From an archaeon (GTDB taxonomy: Archaea; Micrarchaeota; Micrarchaeia; Anstonellales; Anstonellaceae), in NCBI GenBank assembly GCA_020056635.1, contig JAGVHI010000004.1:2782-66781 (forward strand): a stretch of 64,000 nucleotides of DNA. The letters run 5' to 3'. Under the pieces are notes generated by a model that saw only the letters and a list, made by a program, of their open reading frames with translations, ran no database searches and was not told the DNA's origin. Made by a program: the position numbers and the translations under genes. Position 1 is the first letter of the stretch. Each line of letters begins with the position of its first letter. Of the stretch, positions 1 through 8,884 are shown piece after piece.

Positions 1-1335
1 TGCGCCAATTCAAGCGAATGCTGCAACTGGAACTGCGGGGAAGCCAGCCCTGGCAAGTTCGCTTGCTGCAATGTAGAAAACCAGAGCTGCTCACATAATT
101 CCGATTGCTGCCTTGGGATGGAATGCGGTGAAGGGGGAAAGTGCTTCTACCCGGTCCCGAACCTACAGGCGGATGCGCAAGTAGCCAATTATACTATGAG
201 GTACGGGTTTGCGCAGAATATACCTGTCCGGACCTGGAATTCAGGCACAGGGCCGAGCGTGAATGTTTCCACTACCAGGGTGGAGTGGGACGGGGTTGAG
301 GTCGCGGCATTTGGCATCCCCTCGCTCATGCCAGCGGAAGAGAACATTCAGAATGTTTCAATCTCGTGCACCACCGCAGGAGTCAAGCAATTGGTGGTCA
401 CTGCGGATTATGGAGGGACAGTCGGAGAAAGCGATGAGAGCGATAACACAGCAACATACTCTATTGCATGCAGCTGCCCGGTATGCGAATACACATCAAG
501 CGTGGACTACCTCAACATGAACATAGGGGAGAATGTCGCGCACCGCGCGTTTGACATAAACATATCAGTTGCCAATGCATATCTTACTGCCCTTTGGTTC
601 GATGATGTGATCCTTAGGGATTATGGGGCGGGGTACCTGAACGGCCAGAGGGTGTTCTATGACGTCTCTCCCGGGCCTGGCGATACAGGGAACTGCGGGA
701 ACGACCCGCACTACGGCCCGTTCTATGTGGACCCTGCTTTGCTGAACCAGAATCCCTACTATGTGAATGCGCTCCATTTTGACATTGTGGATTTCTGCCT
801 TGGCCAGGTGGGGTTCGGGCTGGATGTCGGGTACAATGTGAGTGTAGTTCCGCTTGAGAACCAGAGCTGCGCCTGCCCACCCAGCCCGGAGGGAATAGTG
901 AACATTTCGGACATTTACTTTGCGAGCACCTGCGGCCCCCCAAGGGAGTTTTTCAACACGAGCATATGCCCTTCGGGGGTCTGCGCATGGAACGAACCCC
1001 CCGCACCTGGCGCGTGCACAATATGCAGCACGTTCCCGACCGTGTGCAGCAGCAATGGGCAGTGCTGCAACGGAAGGTGCGAGGATTACAATGGGACTAT
1101 GAGGTGCGCTTATGGGCCGATGAACAGGAATGGAGCTTGCGATGTAGAGTATTCCTCGCCATCCCCGCCGGGCTTCGTTTGCGTCCCGGACTGCAGCGGG
1201 CCTGCGGACTGCCCGCTCCCGCTCCAGTGCGTGTCCGGGAGCTGCCTGTTCCCATGCTCGCCGAACGGGAACCCGAATCCCGACTGCGGTTCGTATACAA
1301 CGCGGTGCAGGAACGGGTATTGCACATATCCTTAA
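1..1335 (+). CDS. Cys-rich secreted surface protein, 5'-truncated by the window edge (CARDB-like domain plus knottin-like Cys modules). Paralogue of the giant proteins at 24.5-36 kb.
   Basis: Frame 1 is open from nt 1 (CANSSECCNWNCGEASPGKFACCNVENQSCSHNSDCCLG...) straight into listed ORF 118..1335. 'GESDESDNTATYSIACS' resembles the E-x-[DN]-E-x-[DN]-N end motif of CARDB-type domains. The C-terminal third is dense in Cys (CSSNGQCCNGRC, CSGPADCPLPLQCVSGSC). Confidence 0.75.
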   Translation, partial: CANSSECCNWNCGEASPGKFACCNVENQSCSHNSDCCLGMECGEGGKCFYPVPNLQADAQVANYTMRYGFAQNIPVRTWNSGTGPSVNVSTTRVEWDGVEVAAFGIPSLMPAEENIQNVSISCTTAGVKQLVVTADYGGTVGESDESDNTATYSIACSCPVCEYTSSVDYLNMNIGENVAHRAFDINISVANAYLTALWFDDVILRDYGAGYLNGQRVFYDVSPGPGDTGNCGNDPHYGPFYVDPALLNQNPYYVNALHFDIVDFCLGQVGFGLDVGYNVSVVPLENQSCACPPSPEGIVNISDIYFASTCGPPREFFNTSICPSGVCAWNEPPAPGACTICSTFPTVCSSNGQCCNGRCEDYNGTMRCAYGPMNRNGACDVEYSSPSPPGFVCVPDCSGPADCPLPLQCVSGSCLFPCSPNGNPNPDCGSYTTRCRNGYCTYP

Positions 1336-1386
1336 GTCCGGGCTGGAACGGCATGAACAAAAGCGTGTTGTTTCCTACTCTAATGC

Positions 1387-2238
1387 ATGAAAGATGCAAA
1401 GTGGATAGTTATTCTTCTGTTTGTAACACTGGTTTGGGGAGCGACTTTCCCCTTGGTTAAGGATACGCTCAAAGTATTTGATGCGTTTGCGATGATGGGG
1501 ATGAGGTTTTTGATTGCTGCAGCGTCTGTTTGGCTGTATCTGAAATTTGCTGGAGGGAAACTGGAGAGGGAGGAATGGAGGCATGGGGCGGTGCTTGGGT
1601 TCCTTTTGTTCGTGGGGTACGGGATGCAAACCTACGGGTTGAATTATACTGAAGCGACAAAGAGCGCATTTATCACAGGGCTGTATGTGATCGGGGTGCC
1701 AGTGCTCTCTGCGCTGCTGTTGTCAAGAAGGAGTGAAAGGAAGATTTGGATTGCGGCTGCGCTTGCGGCCATTGGATTGTGGCTATTGAGCGGCGCGGGA
1801 AGCAATTGGAATTTGGGGGATGGGGTTACACTCATTACTGCAGTCGCGTTCTCATTGCACATAATATATACGGGAATGATTGCAAAAAGATGCGGGCCGG
1901 TCGGGCTTTCGGTTGCGCAATTGCTCGTGTGCGGGGTGCTGTCCTTAGTTCCGATGGTTGCGTTGGGGGAAACCCCAGCTGAGTTCCCGCTTGGGGCGCT
2001 GGGGGCAGTTGTGTTTTTGGGAGTAGTTGCAAACGGATTTGCGATGTGGGCGCAGAGCGCGGCGCAGAGGGTGATGGATGCATCAAGGGTTGCGCTGGTG
2101 TTCATTGGCGAACCGGTGTTTGCTGCAGTCATTTCTGTTATGCTTTTCGGGGAAATTCTGAGGGAGATGCAGATTGTTGGGGCTGGGTTGATACTTGCAG
2201 GGATGGTTGTGGCGGAATGGGAAAAGGTTAAGTTGTAG
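1387..2238 (+). CDS. EamA/DMT-family (drug/metabolite) transporter
   Basis: 283 aa with about 10 hydrophobic segments. The N-terminus 'LLFVTLVWGATFPLVKDTL' and an internal duplication are typical of EamA domains. Confidence 0.8.
   Translation: MKDAKWIVILLFVTLVWGATFPLVKDTLKVFDAFAMMGMRFLIAAASVWLYLKFAGGKLEREEWRHGAVLGFLLFVGYGMQTYGLNYTEATKSAFITGLYVIGVPVLSALLLSRRSERKIWIAAALAAIGLWLLSGAGSNWNLGDGVTLITAVAFSLHIIYTGMIAKRCGPVGLSVAQLLVCGVLSLVPMVALGETPAEFPLGALGAVVFLGVVANGFAMWAQSAAQRVMDASRVALVFIGEPVFAAVISVMLFGEILREMQIVGAGLILAGMVVAEWEKVKL
2212..2238. repeat. 27-bp direct repeat, copy 1 (3' end of the EamA gene including its stop codon)
   Basis: gcggaatgggaaaaggttaagttgtag. It matches 2931..2957 at 26/27 positions. 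Confidence 0.9.
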
Positions 2239-2262
2239 ATAAATTTATCCAGAAAAGATATA

Positions 2263-2270
2263 TTTATATA
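2263..2270 (+). promoter_or_regulatory. TATA-box-like element upstream of the putative antitoxin gene
   Basis: 'tttatata' lies 23-30 nt upstream of the ATG at 2293, a spacing consistent with an archaeal leaderless or short-leader promoter. Confidence 0.4.
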
Positions 2271-2292
2271 CTTATTAAGCATAAATAATGCC

Positions 2293-2568
2293 ATGAAAAG
2301 CAAACAAGTCCAAATGCAGGTAATGCATTCGCCTACCCTGAACACTGTCCTTATGGTGGAAAAAGAATTGCAGGAAGCAAGGGAAATAGTCAAAGTTTCT
2401 GAGCTCAAAGAGAGCCTGCCTAGGAAGGTTATGCATTCCACATTGCTGCAAATCCTTGATTACCTGCAGCAGAGCGGGAAAATAATCATTACAACCAAGG
2501 GAGTAGTTTGGGTATACCGGCCAAGCGCACAAATGGAGGCGCTTCGGGCAAGCGGGCTGGAATTATGA
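2293..2568 (+). CDS. Small protein, putative antitoxin partner of the downstream RelE/ParE-like gene
   Basis: 91 aa. Its stop overlaps the downstream start in an ATGA motif (2565-2568), a typical toxin-antitoxin operon arrangement. No family recognised by eye. Confidence 0.45.
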   Translation: MKSKQVQMQVMHSPTLNTVLMVEKELQEAREIVKVSELKESLPRKVMHSTLLQILDYLQQSGKIIITTKGVVWVYRPSAQMEALRASGLEL

Positions 2569-2927
2569 GCGCACGGCCCGTTAGAGTTGTTTTGCTTGAC
2601 CAGGCAAAAGCCGAATTTGAGGAGCTGAATAGGATTGCTGCGAAGCAGCAGGCAAAAGGGGAAAAAAGTTCGGAAGAGATGCAACTTCTCAAATCGATAA
2701 AGCAGAAAATAGAAATAATAAAGTTAAACCCTGTTTACGGTGACAAAATACCAAAAGAGCAGATTCCGAAAAACCTTGATGTGCCGAATCTATTCCACGT
2801 GGGCCTTACAGGGTATTGGAGGATGGTTTACTCCTTGCAAGGGAACCAGATCGAGATAGTCGCGTTTGTGCTGTATATCGTTGACCATCCGAGTTATGAT
2901 AAAATATTCGGATATCGGAAAAAGTAG
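2565..2927 (+). CDS. RelE/ParE-superfamily toxin-like protein
   Basis: The C-terminal 'GYWRMVYSLQGNQIEIVAFVLYIVDHPSYDKIF' resembles the [Y/W]R-[IV]-[IV]-Y ... I-x-[IV]-x-x-[IV]-x-H ... Y core of RelE/ParE toxins. The start was moved to the ATG at 2565 (ATGA overlap) instead of the listed 2508. Confidence 0.55.
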   Translation: MSARPVRVVLLDQAKAEFEELNRIAAKQQAKGEKSSEEMQLLKSIKQKIEIIKLNPVYGDKIPKEQIPKNLDVPNLFHVGLTGYWRMVYSLQGNQIEIVAFVLYIVDHPSYDKIFGYRKK

Positions 2928-2930
2928 CTT

Positions 2931-2957
2931 GCGGAATGGGAGAAGGTTAAGTTGTAG
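2931..2957. repeat. 27-bp direct repeat, copy 2 (non-coding duplicate of the EamA 3' end)
   Basis: gcggaatgggagaaggttaagttgtag. One mismatch to 2212..2238, and the copies start 719 bp apart. Confidence 0.9.
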
Positions 2958-2975
2958 GAAAGGAAAGCTGGAAAA

Positions 2976-4613
2976 ATGTTTCATGAGCAATATGAAACGA
3001 TGGGCTGGCAAATTTCAGAAATTTACGAACCCCTAAACAGGCACTGGAAAGCCACGTGCAAGGCTATTTTTGGGGAAGAGGTAGGGGAGCTTTCTGAGTT
3101 TGAGGAATGGCTTGCGAAGTACAATAATCCGCTGCCCTCGAGAAAATCATCAGCTTCAGGAAGGAATGTCTCATTCGTGCTTCCGCATTATTCAAAGTCC
3201 GCACCAATTTTCTCCATGGATGAGGTGGATTTCAACAGGAAATTTGAGCCACTGAACATCAATGAGGTCAAGGATATGGATTCCATAGCGGAAGCTGTGA
3301 GGGAAAGGATTGCTTACACAGGGAACATCTGGCTTGGGAATTCGCAGTTTGTGGCTGAGAGCACGGACATAATGGACAGCTTTTACGTATTCAAATCCTC
3401 ACAGATAACCAGCTCGAAATATATCGCGCATGGATTCCATATGGAATTTTCAGAAAATTGCTTTGGGACATTGCACCATGGGAATTGCGTGAATTGCATA
3501 CGCATGATGGATTCGGATTTCCTGAGCAGGTGCTTTGAGGTTTACGGGTGCGAGGAAACAGCAGATTCGTATTACTCACACCATATTTTCAACTGTAAGA
3601 ATTGCCTTTTCTGCTTCAATATCCGCAATGCGCACCATGCAATTGGGAACTTGGAGCTGCCGCAGGAAAAATACCTCGAGCTAAAAAGGAAATTGATGGG
3701 CGAGATGGCGAATGAGCTGCGAACGAAAAAAGAGCTGCCCACCCTGCTTGAATTGGTCGGGAATCCGGAACCGGATATTGCGGAAATGAGGGAAATCAAA
3801 AAGAATCTGGGCAAGAAGCAAGCGGCCCCAATACATCCGGAAATTATTGAGAGCGCATTTTCCAAAACGACAGGGGTTATTCTTGGGAAGAGCCTTACAG
3901 GCATTGAAAAGTACCATAATTGGCTTTCAGAATTCATGAAGCCGACGAAACGCTGCAAGTCCGCGCTCACAGGGGAGGAAATGATTGTGGTTGGAACGCC
4001 GTATTATATCAGGTACCCTGAGAACAGGCTGGCAAGCGAAGAGGAATCCATACTTCTTGGGAATAGTTTGAAGATTGCGCCTGAGGAATTGGAGAGGTTC
4101 GGGCTTGAAAAGGCAAAAAAGTTCATTGGAAAGATTGCGTACTTCCATCCTGGAGTGGATTTCGGAAAGCTATCGAATATCATAGAAAGCCATGAGAACG
4201 TGAATGCAACTGACATGTTCCGGAGCGTGATAAACATTTCATCGAAAAAATGCGCCTACAGCTACGTCATAATCGAATCGGAATCTATATTCGGATGCCA
4301 TTCCATCCGGCAGTCCGGCTTCCTGCTGCGGTGCTATCTGTCTTCCAAGCTCAACAGATGCTTTGAGGTGGATTCATCAAGGGAATGCTTTGACTGTTAC
4401 TTCTGCCATAATTGCGAGAATGTGCAGGATTCGATGTTCTGCTTCAATGTGAAAAATAAGAGGTATGCGATTGGGAATTCGGTTTTCGCAAGGGACGAGT
4501 ACTTGAGGGTGAAGGGGATGCTGCGCGAGGAGCTTGTTTCGAGATTGAAAGAGGGGAAGGGGCTGAAGCTCAATATTTTCAATATTGCAGAATGTGGGAA
4601 AGAAAGGTTGTAG
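2976..4613 (+). CDS. Cys/His-rich protein of unknown function with an internally duplicated C-x2-C module
   Basis: 545 aa. It has two related modules: 'RCFEVYGCEETADSYYSHHIFNCKNCLFCFNIRNAHHAIGN' and 'RCFEVDSSRECFDCYFCHNCENVQDSMFCFNVKNKRYAIGN'. Confidence 0.65.
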   Translation: MFHEQYETMGWQISEIYEPLNRHWKATCKAIFGEEVGELSEFEEWLAKYNNPLPSRKSSASGRNVSFVLPHYSKSAPIFSMDEVDFNRKFEPLNINEVKDMDSIAEAVRERIAYTGNIWLGNSQFVAESTDIMDSFYVFKSSQITSSKYIAHGFHMEFSENCFGTLHHGNCVNCIRMMDSDFLSRCFEVYGCEETADSYYSHHIFNCKNCLFCFNIRNAHHAIGNLELPQEKYLELKRKLMGEMANELRTKKELPTLLELVGNPEPDIAEMREIKKNLGKKQAAPIHPEIIESAFSKTTGVILGKSLTGIEKYHNWLSEFMKPTKRCKSALTGEEMIVVGTPYYIRYPENRLASEEESILLGNSLKIAPEELERFGLEKAKKFIGKIAYFHPGVDFGKLSNIIESHENVNATDMFRSVINISSKKCAYSYVIIESESIFGCHSIRQSGFLLRCYLSSKLNRCFEVDSSRECFDCYFCHNCENVQDSMFCFNVKNKRYAIGNSVFARDEYLRVKGMLREELVSRLKEGKGLKLNIFNIAECGKERL

Positions 4614-4652
4614 TATTAAATAGTTTCATGTGGTAAGTAGTTCGGGAGAGAA

Positions 4653-5084
4653 ATGAACATTTTTAGCAAGTTCGGAAGGAAACCTGTTGCTGATTCCCAT
4701 CATGCGCAGCCAAAGGAAGCGCCGCTTGTTGAAAGGCTGAAACTGTCGGCAATTGAGCTAAGCGAGAGGATTGGGAGGCTGGATCCGAAAGTGAAGCATC
4801 CTTCTTCTTCGCAGGAATCCAAGGATTTGTTCCCGATGGGCGGCATCATTTACCGGAACTCTGCGGAAAGCGCAAGGGGGGAGCCCATTGGGAGGCTCTC
4901 AGAGCGTGAAGACAAAACTAAGCATCGCTACAATTTGGAATATGCAGAGCTTGATGAGCAGGTGCTTGTGCGGGAGATTACAGCTGCGCATTCAAGGGGA
5001 GAGGAAACTTATATCAGGTTCAAAAATTCGGGCGAGGCTGAGCTGCTTATTGTAAAGCTTGTCGCAGATGGAAGGGGGCAGTAG
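4653..5084 (+). CDS. Hypothetical protein
   Basis: 143-aa ORF in an otherwise unoccupied interval. No motif recognised. Confidence 0.4.
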   Translation: MNIFSKFGRKPVADSHHAQPKEAPLVERLKLSAIELSERIGRLDPKVKHPSSSQESKDLFPMGGIIYRNSAESARGEPIGRLSEREDKTKHRYNLEYAELDEQVLVREITAAHSRGEETYIRFKNSGEAELLIVKLVADGRGQ

Positions 5085-5090
5085 CTGTTT

Positions 5091-6143
5091 CTATATTGTA
5101 AGGAAGAACTGCTTAAGCATCAGGCTCACCAGGAAATAGACAAGGAGGGAGATGCCAATCATGAACGGGATGAACTTTATCCCTCCTTTTTTGGAGCCTG
5201 ATTGTATCACCCCTATTATGAAAGAGGAGAAGATTGCAGTCACTACTGAAGAGCCAAGCGTGAAGAGCTGGAATGCGGAAAGGGAAATCGAAACAGGGGC
5301 GGGGCGCGCGAAACCAAGGTCTGGAACTGCGCCTGCGGGCGGGAGAGGGACTTCTTTTAGCACCTCAATGAGCTTTGAGGAGACGCCGAACAGGAACGGG
5401 GTGCCAAGCGCTGCTGCGAACGAGACGAATATCACGTACATCATGAGCGAGGCTGCGATCTCCTTGGAAATCATCTGCATGTTGCGCGTGTCATCCGCAG
5501 TATGCTCGAGTATCTGCGCCATCTCGCCGCCGGATGCTATGCCCTGCTTTAGGAGCGCAACAACGCGCTTTATTGATTTGGAGGAGAAGCGCTCAGCAAA
5601 CCGGTCGATTGCCTGGTTGAAGGGGACTCCCCCGAATGTCTGCTTTGCAACAGTTTCAACTTCTTTTGAGAGCAGGCCGAACTCGGGCTTTGCGGCATAC
5701 CACATGGCCTGGTCCAAAGTCATGCCAGCGCGGACGTTGGAGGCTGCAAGAGTGAGGAAATTGGGGAGCGCATTTTCAACCGAGCGCTTGCGCGCGTCGG
5801 TAACAAGGATTACAAACACATAGACCAGGAGCGAGAGGAGCGCGAATGCGAGAAGCGTGCCCACCACTATTCCAAGCAGGGTCACAAAGAGCGGGCTTGT
5901 AATGGTGAGGGATTGGAATGCGGCAAGCGAAAAGGAAATGAGCAGGCGCTGCAAATCCGGGATTGAGAGGATGGAAAGGGAGAAGAGAACAGAGAGGAGG
6001 GCGCCCATCACAAGGAAGAAGCCTGCGAACGCTTCTGGGACCATGTTCATTCCGGCCGAATCAAGCGCGCTGCCAAGCTCGCGTATCCTAGTGCGCGGGA
6101 AGAGCCGCCCGATTGCCTCGTATGCTTCGAATTTCATAATCAC
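5091..6143 (-). CDS. Type II secretion system F-domain membrane protein (TadC/ArlJ-half-like platform subunit)
   Basis: 350 aa and polytopic. The region 'NFLTLAASNVRAGMTLDQAMWYAAKPEFGLLSKEVETVAKQTFGGVPFNQAIDRFAERF' is T2SSF-like. Its start overlaps the stop of the upstream gene by 4 nt. Confidence 0.8.
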   Translation of the reverse strand: MIMKFEAYEAIGRLFPRTRIRELGSALDSAGMNMVPEAFAGFFLVMGALLSVLFSLSILSIPDLQRLLISFSLAAFQSLTITSPLFVTLLGIVVGTLLAFALLSLLVYVFVILVTDARKRSVENALPNFLTLAASNVRAGMTLDQAMWYAAKPEFGLLSKEVETVAKQTFGGVPFNQAIDRFAERFSSKSIKRVVALLKQGIASGGEMAQILEHTADDTRNMQMISKEIAASLMMYVIFVSFAAALGTPFLFGVSSKLIEVLKEVPLPPAGAVPDLGFARPAPVSISLSAFQLFTLGSSVVTAIFSSFIIGVIQSGSKKGGIKFIPFMIGISLLVYFLVSLMLKQFFLTI

Positions 6144-7051
6144 ACCAAATCAAACTTAGGGCGCGAGGATTCCACGACCGAGAGGAACAGGTATTGTATC
6201 AGGGTCACAAGCGCGAATATCAGCAGGAGCGCGGTGTCGCCTATTTGGAAGCGGCCGCCGCCTACGATTGAGATGAGTATGATCAGGAACGCGACACCGA
6301 GGGAAGGGAGGATGATTCCGAATATCATGTAGAACATCACAATCGGGTTTAGCTTCTGCCCGTATTCCTTGAGCTTTATTATCTGCTCCTTTGTGATCTG
6401 CTCAAGCACGGACTCGAGCGCCTTTGCGCTGTCCGAGCCGGAAACCAATGCGTTTGCAAGCTGGAGTATCACCCTGCGGAACGCGGAAGAGGGGTTGTTC
6501 ATCGCAACCTCGTGCATCGCAAGCGTTGCTGGAACCCCGAGCGCAATCTTCTCAACTATCTTGTTGAACTCCACTGAGACCTCGCCGTAATCGCGCGAAA
6601 CCCCGAGCATCGCATCAAACAGCGGGACTCCGGATTTGAGCTCGATTAGCATGTGCCTGCAGGCAAATACCAGCTCCTGGTCTATGGCGCGCTCGCGCTG
6701 CATTATCTTCACATCCGGGTAGAACATGAAATAGAAGAATGAGAGCACAAGGAATATCGGGGCAAGCGGGAGCAGGAATATTATCGAAACATTTAGCGAG
6801 TTGAATGCGATGAAGAGGCCGAATAGGATTAGGATGGTGGCGACGGTTGCGCCTTGGAGCGCAAGTGAGATGAATTTCGTGTTGTCGTAGGGCAGGTTCG
6901 CCTGCTGCAGCTTTGTTTTGAGCTCAGGGAAGTAGGAGGAGATGTATTGGAGCAGGTTTCGCAGCGGCGAGGGGGCGGATTCCTGCACAGACTCGCGGAT
7001 TGGGGAGGAAATAAGCGGGTGAGGCGACTTGTCCTTGTGCTTTTCCTTCAT
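6140..7051 (-). CDS. Type II secretion system F-domain membrane protein (TadB/ArlJ-half-like platform subunit)
   Basis: 303 aa. The region 'LVFACRHMLIELKSGVPLFDAMLGVSRDYGEVSVEFNKIVEKIALGVPATLAMHEVA' is T2SSF-like and is followed by C-terminal TM helices. Confidence 0.8.
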   Translation of the reverse strand: MKEKHKDKSPHPLISSPIRESVQESAPSPLRNLLQYISSYFPELKTKLQQANLPYDNTKFISLALQGATVATILILFGLFIAFNSLNVSIIFLLPLAPIFLVLSFFYFMFYPDVKIMQRERAIDQELVFACRHMLIELKSGVPLFDAMLGVSRDYGEVSVEFNKIVEKIALGVPATLAMHEVAMNNPSSAFRRVILQLANALVSGSDSAKALESVLEQITKEQIIKLKEYGQKLNPIVMFYMIFGIILPSLGVAFLIILISIVGGGRFQIGDTALLLIFALVTLIQYLFLSVVESSRPKFDLV

Positions 7052-7057
7052 GCGTTA

Positions 7058-8884
7058 TCACTTCTTGCGGAACTTCTTAATATTATCTTCCAATTCCGAG
7101 AATGCGGAACCGGAGGATGGGCCTTGCGAAGGGACATCCATCTGGGGGGAGGTGGATTCCTGCTCGACGCCCCCGCGCCCCATATGCGCCTTTACCTGCT
7201 TTCGCAGGTCATCGAGGGAAACCCCCTTCATGTTGTATATTTCAATGAGCCAAGGCATATATTGCCTTGCGTATCCCAGAACCTGCGTGTCGTCCTCTCC
7301 CCCGAGCGAGGCTGCGTTGAGCGGCTTTACAATTCCAGGAGGCTGCGCACCCTTAGGCTTTAGGGAGAGGGGTTCTGGAGCTAAAGCTTCCTTGGGGGCA
7401 ACAAGCTCTTCTATCTCATCCACTATTTGCGGCTTGGTTTTTGCAATCGATTCCGGAACATCGAACAGCCTTTTCTTTTCAGGAGCGGCTTTTGGAGCCG
7501 GCTTGTCCTCATCGCCCCAGTAAAATTCCTCGCTCTTGCTTGTGGGTTGCGTGGCTGGCGCTTCCTCTTGAGCGATCGCGTCTGCTGGCTCGGGAGTTTG
7601 TAATGTGCGCTTTGGGGCAGGGGGTTCATCTGTTTCGAGTTTCATTCTTTGCACAGGGGAGTATGTTTCAACTTGGTTTTTTGCTGCAGCGGCTCGCACC
7701 GGCTTTGGGACCACTTTTGGGGCAGGGGGTTCCTGCTCCTCTTGGGAAACAGGCGGGGGCTGAGCTTTCTTTTGAGCTGGCTTTTTCGCAGGGGTTCTTG
7801 GAAGCCAGGGAGAAGCAGAAGCTGATTTTGAGGGGGGTTGCGAGGGGGCAGTGCGGGATTGGGTGAGCCAGGGGAGCGAAGAGGGAACTGTGCGGGAGTC
7901 GGTTTGGGCGAGAGGTTGCTTTGCAACTGGAGCAGCCTCAGGCTCTTGCGAAGAAACAAGAGCGGAGGGCGCTATTGCAGGTTCGGGCTTAAAGCGTGAT
8001 TTTGCAAGCGAGGGCTTGGGAATTTCCAGCTCATCCTCAAGTGCGCGCGCTTTTGGAGCGGAATATGGTTCAGGCTCGAATTGCTTTGGCGCGGGTTTGG
8101 CAATCACTGGTGCGGGAGCTGTTGTGGGTTCGCTGGAGAGCGTTGCAATTGAAGCGGGGAGTGTTTCATTTGGAATTGAAATGGATGAGGCAGTGGGCTT
8201 TGCTGCTGGCGAGGGGGGGATTTGAGGGGCGAATATGCGCTGCGAGGGCTTTGTGATTTCCTGCCAGGGTTCTTGTGAGTAGGGGGCTTCTGCGGGCAGC
8301 GCTTGCGAAGCTGGTTGAGGAGATTGCACTTTGGGGGGAAGTTCTGCTTGCTCCGGGACTGAAATCACTTGGAGTTTTGCGGCCTGGGGGGCGGCTGCGG
8401 CCTTCTGCTGCGAAGGCTTTTTTGCGAATGAGTTTTTGAGCTTTGCGAAAAGCGATTTGTCCTCTTGCGCAAGCTGGGGAATTGAAACAGGCATAGCAGT
8501 TTCCTCCTCAAGCTTTTCAGGCGGGCGAAGCTCAATCGGGATGGAGCTTTGATCCTTTTTCCCGGTGCGCCGCTCCCGTATTTTTGCCTCTTCCTTTGAG
8601 TACTTGCCAAGCATCTCAAGCTCGGTTTGCGAAAGCGCCTGGGGTGCCTGCTGAATTGTCTTGTCGTATGAGCGGGCAGCGAGCCTGCGCTCAACCGATT
8701 GGGAGGAAATGAGCAGGTAGGAGTAGGAAAGATCGTTTAGGTCCTTGGGCTCGTAGTCTATGGGCTTTAAGTCCCCGGGCTTTACCGCAACCGGGCGGGA
8801 GGGGACCTGCATGGGCTGGCGCTCGATGGTGCGCACATAGTTGATTAGGGCGCCCAGGTCAGGGAGAGAGAGTTCCTCTGCCAT
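7058..8884 (-). CDS. P/A/Q-rich low-complexity protein with small structured N- and C-terminal ends (pilus-operon accessory protein)
   Basis: 608 aa. Its ATG shares one base with the ATPase stop (TAATG at 8882-8886). The central region of roughly 400 aa is proline/alanine-rich. Co-directional and tightly packed within the operon. Confidence 0.6.
   Translation of the reverse strand: MAEELSLPDLGALINYVRTIERQPMQVPSRPVAVKPGDLKPIDYEPKDLNDLSYSYLLISSQSVERRLAARSYDKTIQQAPQALSQTELEMLGKYSKEEAKIRERRTGKKDQSSIPIELRPPEKLEEETAMPVSIPQLAQEDKSLFAKLKNSFAKKPSQQKAAAAPQAAKLQVISVPEQAELPPKVQSPQPASQALPAEAPYSQEPWQEITKPSQRIFAPQIPPSPAAKPTASSISIPNETLPASIATLSSEPTTAPAPVIAKPAPKQFEPEPYSAPKARALEDELEIPKPSLAKSRFKPEPAIAPSALVSSQEPEAAPVAKQPLAQTDSRTVPSSLPWLTQSRTAPSQPPSKSASASPWLPRTPAKKPAQKKAQPPPVSQEEQEPPAPKVVPKPVRAAAAKNQVETYSPVQRMKLETDEPPAPKRTLQTPEPADAIAQEEAPATQPTSKSEEFYWGDEDKPAPKAAPEKKRLFDVPESIAKTKPQIVDEIEELVAPKEALAPEPLSLKPKGAQPPGIVKPLNAASLGGEDDTQVLGYARQYMPWLIEIYNMKGVSLDDLRKQVKAHMGRGGVEQESTSPQMDVPSQGPSSGSAFSELEDNIKKFRKK

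Noticed and set aside
1644-2441. 265-aa minus-strand ORF overlapping the EamA transporter gene
   Set aside because: It is antisense to a gene with a clear transporter signature and its translation is S/T/A-rich without motifs. It also runs across the TATA-containing intergenic region.
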